Translations under genes and position numbers: made by a program | Assembly (NCBI RefSeq): GCF_009914755.1 | Contig: NC_060928.1 | DNA from: the human T2T-CHM13v2.0 reference genome, Homo sapiens | Length of the DNA stretch: 64,000 bases | Strand: one strand, 5' to 3' | Notes under the pieces: model-generated | Database searches by the model: none | What the model was told of the DNA's origin: nothing | The model's input: the letters and a program-made list of their open reading frames with translations, nothing else | In this document: piece after piece, positions 47,839 through 61,002 of the stretch | Layout: each line of letters opens with the position of its first letter | How positions within the stretch are numbered: the stretch's first letter is position 1

Positions 47839-48235
47839 TGTTATGGACTGAATTTTTTCCTCCTTCCCCCCCAAAAAAATGTATATGTAGAAGCCCTAAG
47901 CCTCAATGGGCATTTGAAGATAGAACCTTTAAGGAGGTAACTGAGGTTAAATGAGGTCATAAAGGTGGGGCCTAATCCAATAGAACCCATGTTCTTATAA
48001 AAAGAGAAACCAGAGATCCTTCTCTCTCCTGTCATGCACAGAGGAAAGGCCACGTGAAAACACAGCAAGAAGACAGCTATCTGCAATTTAGGAAGAGAGC
48101 ACTCACCAGAAACTAACGCTACTGGCATCTTGATCTTGGACTTCCAGCCTCCAGAACTGTTAGAAGATAAATTTCTGCTGTTTAAGCCACCCAGTCTATG
48201 GTATTTTGTTATGGCAGCCCAAGCTGACTGAGACA
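47839..48235 (+). mobile_element. MLT1B-like MaLR solo LTR
   Basis: TGTTATGGACTGAATT...GACTGAGACA termini and typical MLT1 body. Confidence 0.85.
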
Positions 48236-48542
48236 ATTACTCTCTAGATTATTTTTCATAAAGAATCTGTCACAGCAATTCCAACTGATAGAGGGCCCAT
48301 GTTGGAATCCTTATTACACAGAATTCAAATAGATATATATATAATCCCTACATTTTAATCGTATTTAATAAATACTAGAACTAAAACCCTTATTTCTAGC
48401 AACAATGATTTATTAATAACTTGTTTCCCATTTACATCTAGTTAGATAAGAGCAAGAATTAATGTGTAGTAGGCCTCATAGGCTGCATAGGCCACTGTCT
48501 ATGCATAGTCATGAATCCATTTGCCTCTTAAAACATAATCCT

Positions 48543-48860
48543 GGCTGGGCACAGTGGCTCACACCTGTAATCCCAACATTTTGGGAGGCTGAGGCAGGCG
48601 GATCACCTGAGGCCAGAATTTCCAAGGCCAGCCTGGCCAAGTTCAAGACCAGCCTGTTGAAACCCTGTCTCTACTAAAAATACAAAAATTAGCCAGGCAT
48701 TGTGGTGCACGCCTGTAATCTCAGCTACTTGGGAGGCTGAGGCAGGAGAATTTCCTGAACCCAGGAGGCGGAGATTGCAGTGAACTGAGATCATGCCACT
48801 TCATTCCAGCCTGGGCAACAGAGCGGGTCTCTGTCTCAAAAATAAATAAATAAATAAAAA
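48543..48860 (+). mobile_element. AluS with a small internal duplication near 48615-48655
   Basis: Full dimer, (AAAT)n tail; caaggccagcctg / caagaccagcctg repeated. Confidence 0.92.
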
Positions 48861-49026
48861 ACATGATGTCGGAAGTTCCAATCTCTTAGTTTCTAAATAT
48901 TATGGAGTTTGGGGTTTGTTTCGGTGGGGAAGATCAAACAGGGCAGACTAAAGTCACCTAATTGAAAGTACAGGCCACTTATGGCCAGGGTTGGTTTTTT
49001 AAGGGGTGTTGTGTTTTAAACTTTTT

Positions 49027-50500
<1,474 letters not shown>

Positions 50501-50504
50501 TTTT

Positions 50505-50740
50505 AATTTTTTATTGTGGTAAAATATAACCTAAAATTTACCATTCTTAAGTGTACAGTTCGGTGGCATTAAGTACACACTGTTGTGCAATCATCACCAC
50601 TATCCATTTACAGAACTTTTCATTCTTTGAAAGAGAAACTCTGTACCTATTAAACAATAACTCCCCATTTATTTTCTCCCTAGCCCCTAGAAACCTCTAA
50701 TTTGACTATTCCAAGCACCTCATATGAAGTGGATATTTAT
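50505..50740 (-). mobile_element. L1MB-like 3' end fragment
   Basis: ttttattgtggtaaaatata...aagtgtacagttcggtggcattaagtac typical L1MB terminus, cut off by the ERV fragment. Confidence 0.7.
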
Positions 50741-50744
50741 CCAC

Positions 50745-53661
50745 ATGTGAGAGCTGTCTCTGATTTTCCAAATTCTTACAAGGTAAAAACCTTGGCAGTC
50801 ATCAAATCTTATAGTCTTGGGTGCCACCATCTTGTTTACATTAATTACCAACCTGAGTGGGTAGGGAGGAGTCCCCTGATAGTTTCTACTTTGACCTTCT
50901 TCTCTTTGCATAGTAGCCCATCCCAGCCATATTAATTTCCAGAAATGGGACCAGCCCATGTTTTCTTTTTAGATTCATCTCAGAGTTAATTTTAAGGGTT
51001 CCTCAGGTGACCCATGTACTTTCCACTGGTCTTTTTCCCACCCTTCCAGGGTCTCTTTTACCAGTCCCTTGACAAGTATAGTGAGTCCACCCCCATTCAG
51101 CTGTACACATGGCCATCTCAGGGGTCAGCAGCACTTGACAGGGACCTTCTCAGCTTGGGTGGAGCTTGTCTTCTTTCCAAGTCTTAATCAGCACCTAGTC
51201 GCCAGGCTGGAAGTGGCAAACTGCAAACTCAAGAGGAGGAGTTTGAGTCAGAAGTCCTTTTAACCTAAGGGATGACAGGGTGGAGGATAATGACTGTATA
51301 TAATTTCTTAAGAACTGATCCTTGGTTTCCATAGTAGGAAGATCTGTAGCTCTGCCCAAATACAGGAGCCCATATAATAACTCATAGGGGGACAATCCCA
51401 AGTCTTTTCTTGGGACTTCCTAAGGAGTGCTATTGGGAGACATTTTGTCCAAGGCATTTTAGTTTATTAGTTTGGTGAAATGCTTTTTGAGAGTTTCAGT
51501 CATTCCTTCTACCTTTCCAGAGGAAGGGGGATGCCAAGGGGTGTAATAATCCCATCTAATTTGTAAACCTTCCATAATTCCCCTTAACACCCGGGAGGTA
51601 AATTGGCTGCCATTGTCTGAATCAACGTTTTTCACCAGGCCAAATCTAGGTACAGTCTGTTATAATATTATTTTGACTACATTCCTGGCAGTGGCTGTTG
51701 GAAGGGGAAAGGCTTCCACCCAGCTGGAAAGGTAACCTATAATCACCAGTAAATACTTCAGTCTTCCTACTTTGGGTATTTATGTGAAATCTACTTGAAT
51801 GCTCTGAAATGGTCTTAGTCCAGGAGGTCTTCCTCCCATGAACTGTTTTCTAATCACCTCTTTGTTTATCCTTTGACAAGTTACACAACTTCCACATACT
51901 TGTTTAGCGAGGGTATAAATCCCTATCTATCCATAATTCTTAAATATTGCATCACACGGACTCTGGGGTCCCCAGTGACTCCCTTTGGGGAGTAATACAG
52001 ACATCAGTTCTCTCATCAGGGGTTTACTTATCATTTCTCTCCCATCAGAAAGTACCCATTTCCCATCTTCAGTTTGAGTGACCCCTATCCTGCCTAATTC
52101 TTCCTTCTTCTCTCTGGTAAACTGAGGCCTTAATACCACCTTAGGGATGTCTGGTATCAGGCTAAATAGTCTAATTTCTTCCTCCAGGGAGGCTTGCCTA
52201 GCAGCTTCATCCACAAACCTGTTTCCTACAGCTTCTATAGTGTTCCCGTTCTGATGATCATTTACATGAACTATGGCTACCTCTGCTGGAAGCAGGAGAC
52301 TTTCTAAAACCTGTTTGACCAGTTCCCCGTGTACCAATTCTTTTCCCTTGCTATTTATTAGGCCCCGCTCTGTCCAGATTTTTCCAAAAGTGTGTACCAC
52401 CCCATAGGCACATTTAGAATCAGTATATATATTTCCTTCCTGGCCTTCAAGGAGCTTTAGGGCCTGGTCAAGAGCATGTAATTCACATTTTTGGGCCGAC
52501 CAGCCATTAGGTAATCTACCTTTCTCACATAATGAGTGTTTATTTCCATCAAAGACAGCATAACCATTAAGTCCCTTGCCATCTATCACTCCGGATGACC
52601 CATCCACAAACAGTCTAATCCATCACGTAGTGGAGCTTCCCTAAGGTCTGGTCTAACTTTGGCTTGGTATTCTATGGTATCTAAGCAGTTATGATCTGAT
52701 GTCTCTTTGTTCTGGTCTCCTTTCCATAGGACACTGGCTGGATTCAGGCAAGTATCTGGTGTTACAACCAAATAATCTTTTTCTAGTAATATGGCTTCAT
52801 ATTTTAGAATCTGAGAATCCACTAACCATCTCCCAGCTTTCTGATTTAATATATTCCTGACCTGGTGTGGGGTGTTTACTATTAGGGCCCCACCAAACAT
52901 TAGCTTTCGACTCTCCTCTACCAGCAGGGCTGTCGCAGCTACTGCTTGCACACATTCAGATCACCCCTGAGAGACAGGATCGAGAAGCTTGGAGACAAAA
53001 GCAACAGGTTGCCTCTTCCCTCCCCAGGTTTGAGTGAGCACCCCAAGGGCCATGCCCCGGTCTACTGTTACAAACAGATAGAATGGTTTCTCTAAAGATG
53101 GGAGGGCCAGGACCAGGACTGTAATGAGGGCCTGCTTTAGCTCTTTCACTGCCTTAATTTCATCTAGGGACCATTACAAGGGATTGGGCTCCTCTTCTAG
53201 TAACTTGAGATACAGAATTTTGTCTTTTAAGCATATGAGTCAATCCATAACCTACTGTAGCCAGTTAAACCTAAAAATTTTTGGAGTTTTCTCTTTGTCT
53301 TAGGCAAAGGCAAACCCACTATTCCCAATATTCTGAGTTTATTATCCACTTCCCTTCACCAATCAGGTGTCCTAAATATTTAACTTCTTTTTCTACAAAC
53401 TGCAATTTGTTCTTAGAGACTCGCAATCCCCTTTCTCAAAGAAAATAAGGCAAGATTATGGTGGTTTCTGATCACTCGGCCTTCCTTTTGCCAGATATTA
53501 AAAGTTCATCTACATATTGTAACAACTGGGTTCCCCTGGAAGGTTGGAATTCCTCCAGGACTAAGATTTGACCAAATAAGTTTGGGGCTTCTGTGAAACC
53601 CTGTAGCAGTACAGTCCAGTGGTACTGTTGTTTTCTCCCAGTTATAGAATTTTCTCATTTC
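50745..53661 (-). mobile_element. Class I (gamma-like) ERV internal fragment: partial RT, RNase H, integrase, env N-terminus; no LTRs
   Basis: Minus strand encodes WTVLLQGF and LLQYVDE (53505-53516, decayed YVDD), RNase H (DGSS, SAQKCEL, IYTDSK in ORF 51927-52607), integrase GLSPYELLYG, then MGWSHFWKLIWLGW signal-peptide-like env start at 50959; many stops/frameshifts; HERV-I/IP10-like is tentative. Confidence 0.9.
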
Positions 53662-53876
53662 TTTTTTGCCTATGAACATCCAGTTACTCCAGCACCATTT
53701 GTTGAAAACACCATCCTTCCTTCACTGAATGGCTTTTGAATCTCTGTCAAAAATCAGTTCGGTGTATTTGTGTGGGTCTAGGTTATTGTTGCCCATTTCA
53801 CTGATCTATGTGTCTCTCTGCCATTACCATACTGTCTTAATTACCCTGGCATACAATGAGTATTATTTTTGGGTAG

Positions 53877-54238
53877 TGATATGGTTTGGCTCTGTCCCTA
53901 CCCAAATCTTATCTTGAATTGCAATGCCCATAATCCCCACGTGTTGAAGGAAGAAACAGGTGGATATAATTGAATCATGGGGGCAGGTTCCCCCTTCCTG
54001 TTCTCGTGATATAAGTTCTCACGAGATCTGATGATTTTATAACAGGGTTCCCCCTTAGCTCAGCTCTCGTTCTTCTCCTTCCTGCTGCCATGTGAAAGGA
54101 TATGTTTGCTTCCCCTTCCACCATGATTTTAAGTTTCCTGAGGCCTCCCCAGCCATGCTGAACTGTGTTTATAAACCTTTCCTTTATAAATTACCCAGTC
54201 TCAGATATGTCTTTATTAGCAGCATAAGAACAAACACA
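53877..54238 (+). mobile_element. THE1C/D-like MaLR solo LTR
   Basis: TGATATGGTTTGGCTCTGTCCC start, ...ACA end, 5-bp flanks ggtag/ggtaa. Confidence 0.88.
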
Positions 54239-54777
54239 GGTAAAATGATCCCTCTCACTTAATTCCTCCTTTTCAGAATTGTTGAAGCTACTCTGATTTG
54301 TTTTTCCAAATACATTTTAGAATAATCTTGCCTGTATATGAAGAAGAAAAAAAAAACCTGCCTGGAGTTTTAATAGGAATTGTATTAAACCTGCATATCG
54401 ATTTAGAGATCATTAACATCTACACTATGGTGAGTCCTCCAATCCATGTATATGGTCATTTATTTAGATCTTCGATTTCTTTCATCAGTGTTTTGTTGTT
54501 TTCAGCATGAGTCCTGTACATCCACTGTCAGATTTACACCTACATAGTTTTTATTTTGAGCAATTATCAATGGTATATTTTTAATTTTGGTTTCCATGTG
54601 TTCATTGCTAGTACATAAAAGTACAACTGATTTTTGTCTATTATCTTATATTCTGAAACCCTGCTGAGTTTGTTTTTTAGTTCTAGAAATTACTGTGTAG
54701 ACTCCTTACGACTTTTTCTAAACCATGTTTTTCATTTCATTTTTTAAAAGTTCATTCATTCAAAAAATAGTTAGATT

Positions 54778-55087
54778 GAACTGGGCATGGTGGCTCACGT
54801 AATCCCAGCACCTTGGGATGCTGAGATGGGAGGATCATTTGTGTCAGGAGTTCAAGACCAGCCTGGCCAACATGGTGAAACCCCATCTCTACTAAAAATA
54901 CAAAAATTAGCCAGGTGTGGTGGTGGGTGCCTATAATCCCAGCTACTCAGGAGGCTGAGGAAGAAGAATTGCTTGAACCCAGGAAGTGGAGATTGCAGTG
55001 AGCTGAGACTGCAGTGAGCTGAGATCACACCACTGCACTCCAGCCTGGGCAACAGAGTGAGAGACTTCATCTCACAGACAAAAAAAA
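54778..55087 (+). mobile_element. Alu with a 16-bp internal tandem duplication
   Basis: Dimer; tgcagtgagctgaga repeated at ~54994-55024; degenerate TSD aaaaaat(a/t)g(t/a)tagatt. Confidence 0.92.
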
Positions 55088-55328
55088 TTGATAGATTGTT
55101 TACCCTAGTGTTCTAACTGCTAGATATAGAAGTAACTAATAAAATTAAGGGGTTCTTTTTGACCTCATGAAGCTTAGATTCTAGAGAACAGAAAAAGGCT
55201 GTAAACATATAATAAATGAGAACAGTAGGAAAAGACACAAGAGCAACTTGATGGAGGGCCTTAAAGTCAACAGTAGCCATTTGAATTTTAAGAGGAGAAG
55301 CACTGGAAGATTTAAAATAGGGTAGTGA

Positions 55329-55436
55329 GGCTGCTCTGCCTATGAAGTAGCCAATGGTATATTTTTAATTTTTAATTGTCTTTTATTCCTTTACTTTCTT
55401 AATAAACTTGCTTTCACTTTGCACTGTGAAAAAAAT
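55329..55436 (+). mobile_element. Short MER41-like LTR fragment ending in an A-tail
   Basis: GGCTGCTCTGCCTATGAAGTAGCCA...TTTTATTCCTTTACTTTCTTAATAAACTTGCTTTCACTTTGCACTG then A7. Confidence 0.7.
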
Positions 55437-57599
55437 TAAATGAAATAGTGTCGTAAGATTAGCTTGATGTCCATTTTAAGTCATTAAAACAAAAACCATA
55501 TCAAAGTGGTTGGTGTGTTTCTTTACAGTCTTTTTTTCTTTACAACTTAAAAAACATATGAATATAAATTTCATAAAGTCAGGGATTATTTGTAATTACT
55601 TCATATGATGGTTTATTTATCACAGTCCTCTCTAATCTATACAATCAGTTTGCTTTTGATTCTATTAGGTGATATAAATTTCCTAAGAGAAAACTAACCT
55701 CACAATAATGTTATTGCAGTTGGCCAACTCTAACCACTGCTTTTGGAACTGCCTTTTCTCTTTGCTTATCACAAACATAAACACATACACACACTTTTCA
55801 TCTAATAGTATGATGGAAATAATAGAGACTCTAGAGTCAGACTTGATTATTTTTTTTAACCTCCTTTGGCTTCAATACCTTATCTATAAAATGTAGCTAT
55901 TAACATCTATTTCCAAAACCCCGTTTTGAGAACTAAGGATAAAGTGTAATATATTGAGTTCCAGGCACACAGAGGTTGCTAAATAAACAATCACTCCTTA
56001 TCCTGTGCTTTTTCTCTTTCATCCCCATCACTCAGCTTCCATTCTCAGATCTAACATATTTGTAAAACCATGTAGTTGGCAATTGAGGCCTTAGACTAAA
56101 TCTTTATACGAAATTTTAAAGCCCATTACAATAGCACCCACTAATCCAATGATTAGTGGCATGATTCACTGCAAAAAAATCTTCCACAGACTTCTGAAAA
56201 TATTTTAAAATGTTAAAAAGGAACATGGTATTATTATAGAACTTTTAGTTATGCTATAAAATAAATTTAAAGTTGGCCACTTTCAATTGAAATCTTATAA
56301 AAGAGCATATTACATACATTTTTTAACCAGTGGCAAAAGAAGGAAATAAGCGTTGAATATCTTGGTATAAAAACCTAGTATTTCATTTCATGCATCTATC
56401 ATTCAAGAGGTATTTTAAAAATACAGAGTCATGGTGCTTTTGGAAGTCTAATATTATGACATGTAATTTATATGGACTAATAGCACTATGTTCTCTCAGA
56501 CATCTTATTTTGTAATATTCAATTTTTCAAGACCTAATATTAACAGAAAGAAGAAAATGTTATAGACAATTCAAAGTAATCTGTCAAGTTTTAAATTTAC
56601 CAATATTTTTTTCTTGTCTACTTTGGAATAATCACTTCGCTGGTACTATTCAGCAATCTTCATTCGTCCTGTTAGTTTCTTAGCACAAAGATTAATTCCA
56701 AATTTCCTCCACTCCACCTCAAATCCACGATCCTTCTTAATACTTAATTCCTTCTTAATATTTTATTTTCTATATTACTTTTGTCTTCCACTGTGGCATT
56801 ATTCCCAGTAAAGACAAACATCTGTGTACCTTCACCTCCTATTGGAAAAATCATTCCTGTCTCTAGCATGACTGATAGATTAATTACCTCAATTCTCTTT
56901 TATCTTCCGTATCTTCCTACAAGTCAACTTGGTCTTAAGTTCCCTTTTACTCAAGCTCCTGTCTCCTCTAAACTGCTCTTCTTAAGACTACCATAATCGA
57001 CGTGTGAATATATTAGTGTAATCGTGTTTGTAACTTGGTAAAAAAACAAAACACTATTTAGCAAACTGAAGTAACAGAATTTTGTTCATTTTTCTACGGG
57101 ACATTTTAAATGACCTATTTCTTTAAAGTTTTGTCTGTATTACAGGGCCTTAATGTCTAGTTTCACAACTATATTAACCAAGCCTGAAGCAGGCTACAGT
57201 TAGGCAATATTTTCCAATATAAAGACCTCTGATTAAATTCTTACTGTGAATCTTCGGAATTTGGCATGAAACAGAACAAGCATGATTGCACCTGTTCTTC
57301 CCTATTGTAAACCATCTTCGGTGTCAACATATACAATAAGTTTTGTGGTATTTCCACCTGGTTTTCTATTTTCAAAGTACCCTTGTATGACACAGGCATA
57401 AAAATATTTTGATTCTAATCTGCCATTTTCCTTACTCTCACACTTTTTTGGACGGCTTATAATTTTCGATATGGTACAAAGCTCACTAACTGGTTCTTTG
57501 CTAGAGGCCTGCTACTGATACTGATGGTCGCTAAATGCTAGGTACGCCGCCAGTATTGCTCTTACTTCAATACCGACATCGCAGGATAAAGGCAGTCAC

Positions 57600-58900
57600 A
57601 TTTAGGCGCGCAAGCGCAATTCTTGATTAATGAGCCAAGGCAGACTTCTCAATCCGAGTTTTGAGTTTTCCTTACTTTTCCCCCAAATGCTCTTTTCCTC
57701 GGATTTCACATCAATAGCACTTATTCGAGTTTTCACGAGTAACCTGACGCAGGCGGAACCGACGAAGACTAGCCGGCAAGAATCCTACAGTCGCAGCCAT
57801 CTGCGCAGCGTCCGCCGGGGACGCTCCGCGCGGAAGACCGCCTGTGACTCGACACACTCTCCAGTGACGCGGCCGTCGCCGCACCTGCGCGGCGGGGCGG
57901 GAAGGAGACTCCCAGCGCCGGGGGGAAGGGAGTCTACGACTCGGGAGGGAGGTGGGGGAGCAGGGAGGGAGAGAGGGAACAAGGGAGAAGGAGAGAGGCG
58001 GACAGGCGGAGGGGCGGAGGGGCGGAGGGGCGGAGGGGCGGAGGGGCGGTCCTTCCCGGAGGTTCTTAGGTCCTTCACTTCCTGTTTGCCGGCACTTCAA
58101 AATCCGGGTCAAAGGGTGTCGCTTCGGTCTCTTCTCCCCGGCTGATCCCAGCACTCTCCGTGACAGCGCCTCCTGACTCAGCCCAGGACCGGCTTCTTCT
58201 CACGACCTGCTGGAGACTGGACGCCCACACCTGACCCGGAACTCGGAGGCGTGCTTCCTCCACCCGCCGGCTAGCAGCCCCGGGCCCTGAGCTCCCGCCG
58301 ACGCCGCTGGGGGGCCCGACAGGCCCCTCGGCGCTGATGCTGAGTGGGATCGAGGGCCCGGGGCGGCGGCGGAGTACGGGCCTCTGGCGCCTTAGGCCAG
58401 CCGCAGGTGTCGGTTCTTAGGCTCTCCAGGCTCGCTAGCTCCCGCCCCGGCTTGGATGGGTCTCCCTGCGCCATAAATGTGGCTGCTGAGGCGGCGGTGG
58501 CCGTGGCCCGTCGCGCTGCTGCTGCGGCGCTCCAAGTTCATCTCCGCCCCGGGGCTCTCCTGCCCCACCTCGGGGCTGCCGCCACCCGCTCCTTATCCCC
58601 TGGCCCTGGCCTTGCAGCGTGGCGACAATGGACAAGATCCTGGAGGGCCTTGTGAGTTCCTCGCATCCCCTGCCCCTCAAGCGGGTGATTGTGCGGAAGG
58701 TGGTGGAATCGGCGGAGCACTGGCTAGACGAGGCGCAGTGCGAGGCCATGTTTGACCTGACGACCCGGCTCATCCTGGAGGGCCAGGACCCTTTCCAGCG
58801 GCAGGTGGGGCACCAGGTGCTGGAGGCCTACGCACGATACCACCGGCCAGAGTTCGAGTCCTTCTTCAACAAGACCTTCGTGTTGGGCCTCCTTCATCAG
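57600..58900. promoter_or_regulatory. CpG island / TATA-less promoter and 5'UTR of USP38
   Basis: Abrupt rise in GC and CpG density against AT-rich, CpG-depleted flanks; GC boxes at 58005-58049; ETS-type core CACTTCCTG at 58076-58084; exact TSS not determinable from sequence. Confidence 0.9.
58005..58049 (+). promoter_or_regulatory. Tandem GC-box (Sp/KLF) array, (GGGGCGGA)x5
   Basis: 8-bp unit GGGGCGGA repeated head-to-tail from 58011, preceded by a partial unit. Confidence 0.85.
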
Positions 58901-59309
58901 GGCTACCACTCTCTGGACAGGAAGGATGTAGCCATCCTGGACTACATTCACAACGGCCTGAAGCTGATTATGAGCTGTCCGTCGGTGCTGGATCTCTTTA
59001 GCCTCCTGCAGGTAGAGGTGTTACGGATGGTGTGTGAGAGGCCGGAGCCGCAGCTCTGTGCCCGACTGAGCGACCTTCTGACCGACTTTGTGCAATGCAT
59101 CCCCAAGGGGAAATTGTCCATCACGTTCTGTCAACAGCTGGTTCGAACGATAGGCCATTTCCAGTGCGTGTCCACCCAGGAAAGAGAGCTGCGGGAATAT
59201 GTCTCCCAGGTGACAAAAGTGAGTAACTTGCTGCAGAACATCTGGAAGGCCGAGCCTGCCACACTACTGCCTTCCCTGCAAGAAGTTTTTGCAAGCATCT
59301 CTTCCACAG
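58628..59309 (+). CDS. USP38: USP38 coding exon 1 (ubiquitin-specific peptidase 38, N-terminal region)
   Basis: ATG in strong Kozak context (gacaATGg); translation MDKILEGLVSSSHPLPLKRVIVRKVVESAEHWLDE...FASISST recognised as the USP38 N-terminus; ends at donor ACAG|GTAAGG (intron starts 59310); 682 coding nt, phase 1. Confidence 0.96.
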
Positions 59310-60405
59310 GTAAGGGTCATTATCTTTCAGAATATCTCATAAAAAATCAGTATATGTCTCTCTTGCACACACACATTCACACCATGTTTTCCTCCTGCCC
59401 TAAAAACATTCTTAAGCGAGAGCAAATCCTAATACCTCATCCCAAATTTATTCACATTCACTACCTTATTCAGGACGTCACATCGTACTTTAAAAACAGG
59501 CAGCGTTCCCATTTTAAAGGTTGAGAACGTCCAGGTCTAAGACCTTTGGCACTAAACAAGTTGCTTAATTACCCAGCCTCTGCTCAAGTTATTTGGAATG
59601 CTTTGAGGATGACAGCTACTGCAGAAAGCTTCCATTCATTAGTGACTAATGGTAGCATGATGTTTACCATAGTATTTATTGTACGTGTCTCTAATTTTGT
59701 AATGAGTTTTTCCCCCATTTTTGTATTTCCTCATTTTTGAATTAATGGATTGTGCAGTTTGTTTTATTACTGGATTATCCCAGATAACTATGAAGTTTTT
59801 AAATAGTGACATTTTTTGTCTACAGTATCTAGTAGACAAAGGAGGGATACAGATAGAATGAGGGAAGGAAGAGTACGAGGATTTAAATATTTGTTTTTGT
59901 GCCCATGAACTGCATTCTCAGAAAGCAGAGAAGGGTCACATGATACTTGCCTAGAAAATGCTTTCTCGCCGAGGAATTTTACCAGTACCTCTACCTTCGT
60001 TGTTCTGTCTTGGACCTTTCAGGTCTGAATAGATTCAAAATCATGTTCATTTCCGCTCTACTTGGTACAAGCATTCTCCTTCATTTATAACACCAGTGGG
60101 GACTGTGTGGCTGTTCAAATTGAACTTGTGAGGGATGTGTCCTCTTCTTATCTTAAGGACCAGAAGTAAAGGTGGAGTTTTAACTAACGTTCTGTGTTCT
60201 GATGAATTTAATATATTTACGAAAGAATTACAAACGATGTATTTGCAGTATCTGAGTTGGTTTGTTTTTTTTTCTTATTGTAATTTTACTTCTATTGCCT
60301 GTGTTGTCATAACTGTTAGGTTCCTCCCAAATTTTTTGAACTGTAGCAGTAAAGGTACTTGTCTTGGATTTGCTTAATTTGTATACAGTTTAAGCAAAAT
60401 CTCCA

Positions 60406-60653
60406 CAAAAGTCACCTTAATTTCTACTTTAAGAGATTTTTTAAAAATCTTCCTTAGAGCAATGTAATGATGAATAGTTTTAAGTTATTTTGGAGGGTCT
60501 GAAGTGGGAGTTGAAATGATACTTAAGTGCCCCCAAAAGTCACCTTCATTTCTACTTTAAGAGATTTTTTCAAAATCTTCCTTAGAGGGATGTAATGATC
60601 AATAAGTTTAAAGTTATTTTGGAGGGTCTGAAGTGGAAGTTGAAATGATACTT
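60406..60653 (+). repeat. Two-copy 128-bp tandem duplication in USP38 intron 1
   Basis: caaaagtcacctt...gaaatgatactt at 60406-60524 and 60534-60653, about 10 differences. Confidence 0.93.
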
Positions 60654-61002
60654 TATGTTTCTTTGTATTTCCTTTCTGATTAGTGATTTACAAGTTAATA
60701 TTTTAGCTCAACAATAACTCGATAAATTATGAAAAATTAAAGTAACTTATGGACTAACCATATCAATATATTTCAGTATTCTGTCTATAGTATGAGTGAT
60801 CATTGCTGTTCACTCCTAATCTTTCATTCCTGTAATTTAACATTCCTTGTAAATTAAGAGTCTACCCATGAGGGTGTAGCATAATAATCCTTCCTAGTTA
60901 ACACCTTTGCTGCAATGACTTTTTTTTTTTGTAAAGTGTTGTTCTTTTTAAATACTTGAACCTACTTGCCATGTTCCCTTTTCTTTTTAATTGAAAAAAC
61001 AG

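Noticed and set aside
51927-52607. 226-aa RNase H ORF as a domesticated retroviral gene
   Set aside because: Surrounded by stops and frameshifts, RT motif decayed to YVDE, no promoter or LTR.
57630-58474. Several 60-170 aa ORFs on both strands in the CpG island
   Set aside because: Expected from stop-codon scarcity in GC-rich DNA; low-complexity products with no recognisable domain.
59310-59524. C-terminal 70 aa of the 301-aa ORF 58619-59524
   Set aside because: Read-through past a consensus donor (CAG|GTAAG) into intron 1; composition changes and no nearby AATAAA supports a terminal exon.
60466-60502. Box C (ATGATGA) / box D (CTGA) pair suggesting an intronic snoRNA
   Set aside because: Only ~36 nt long, no terminal stem, and box C is altered in the second repeat copy.
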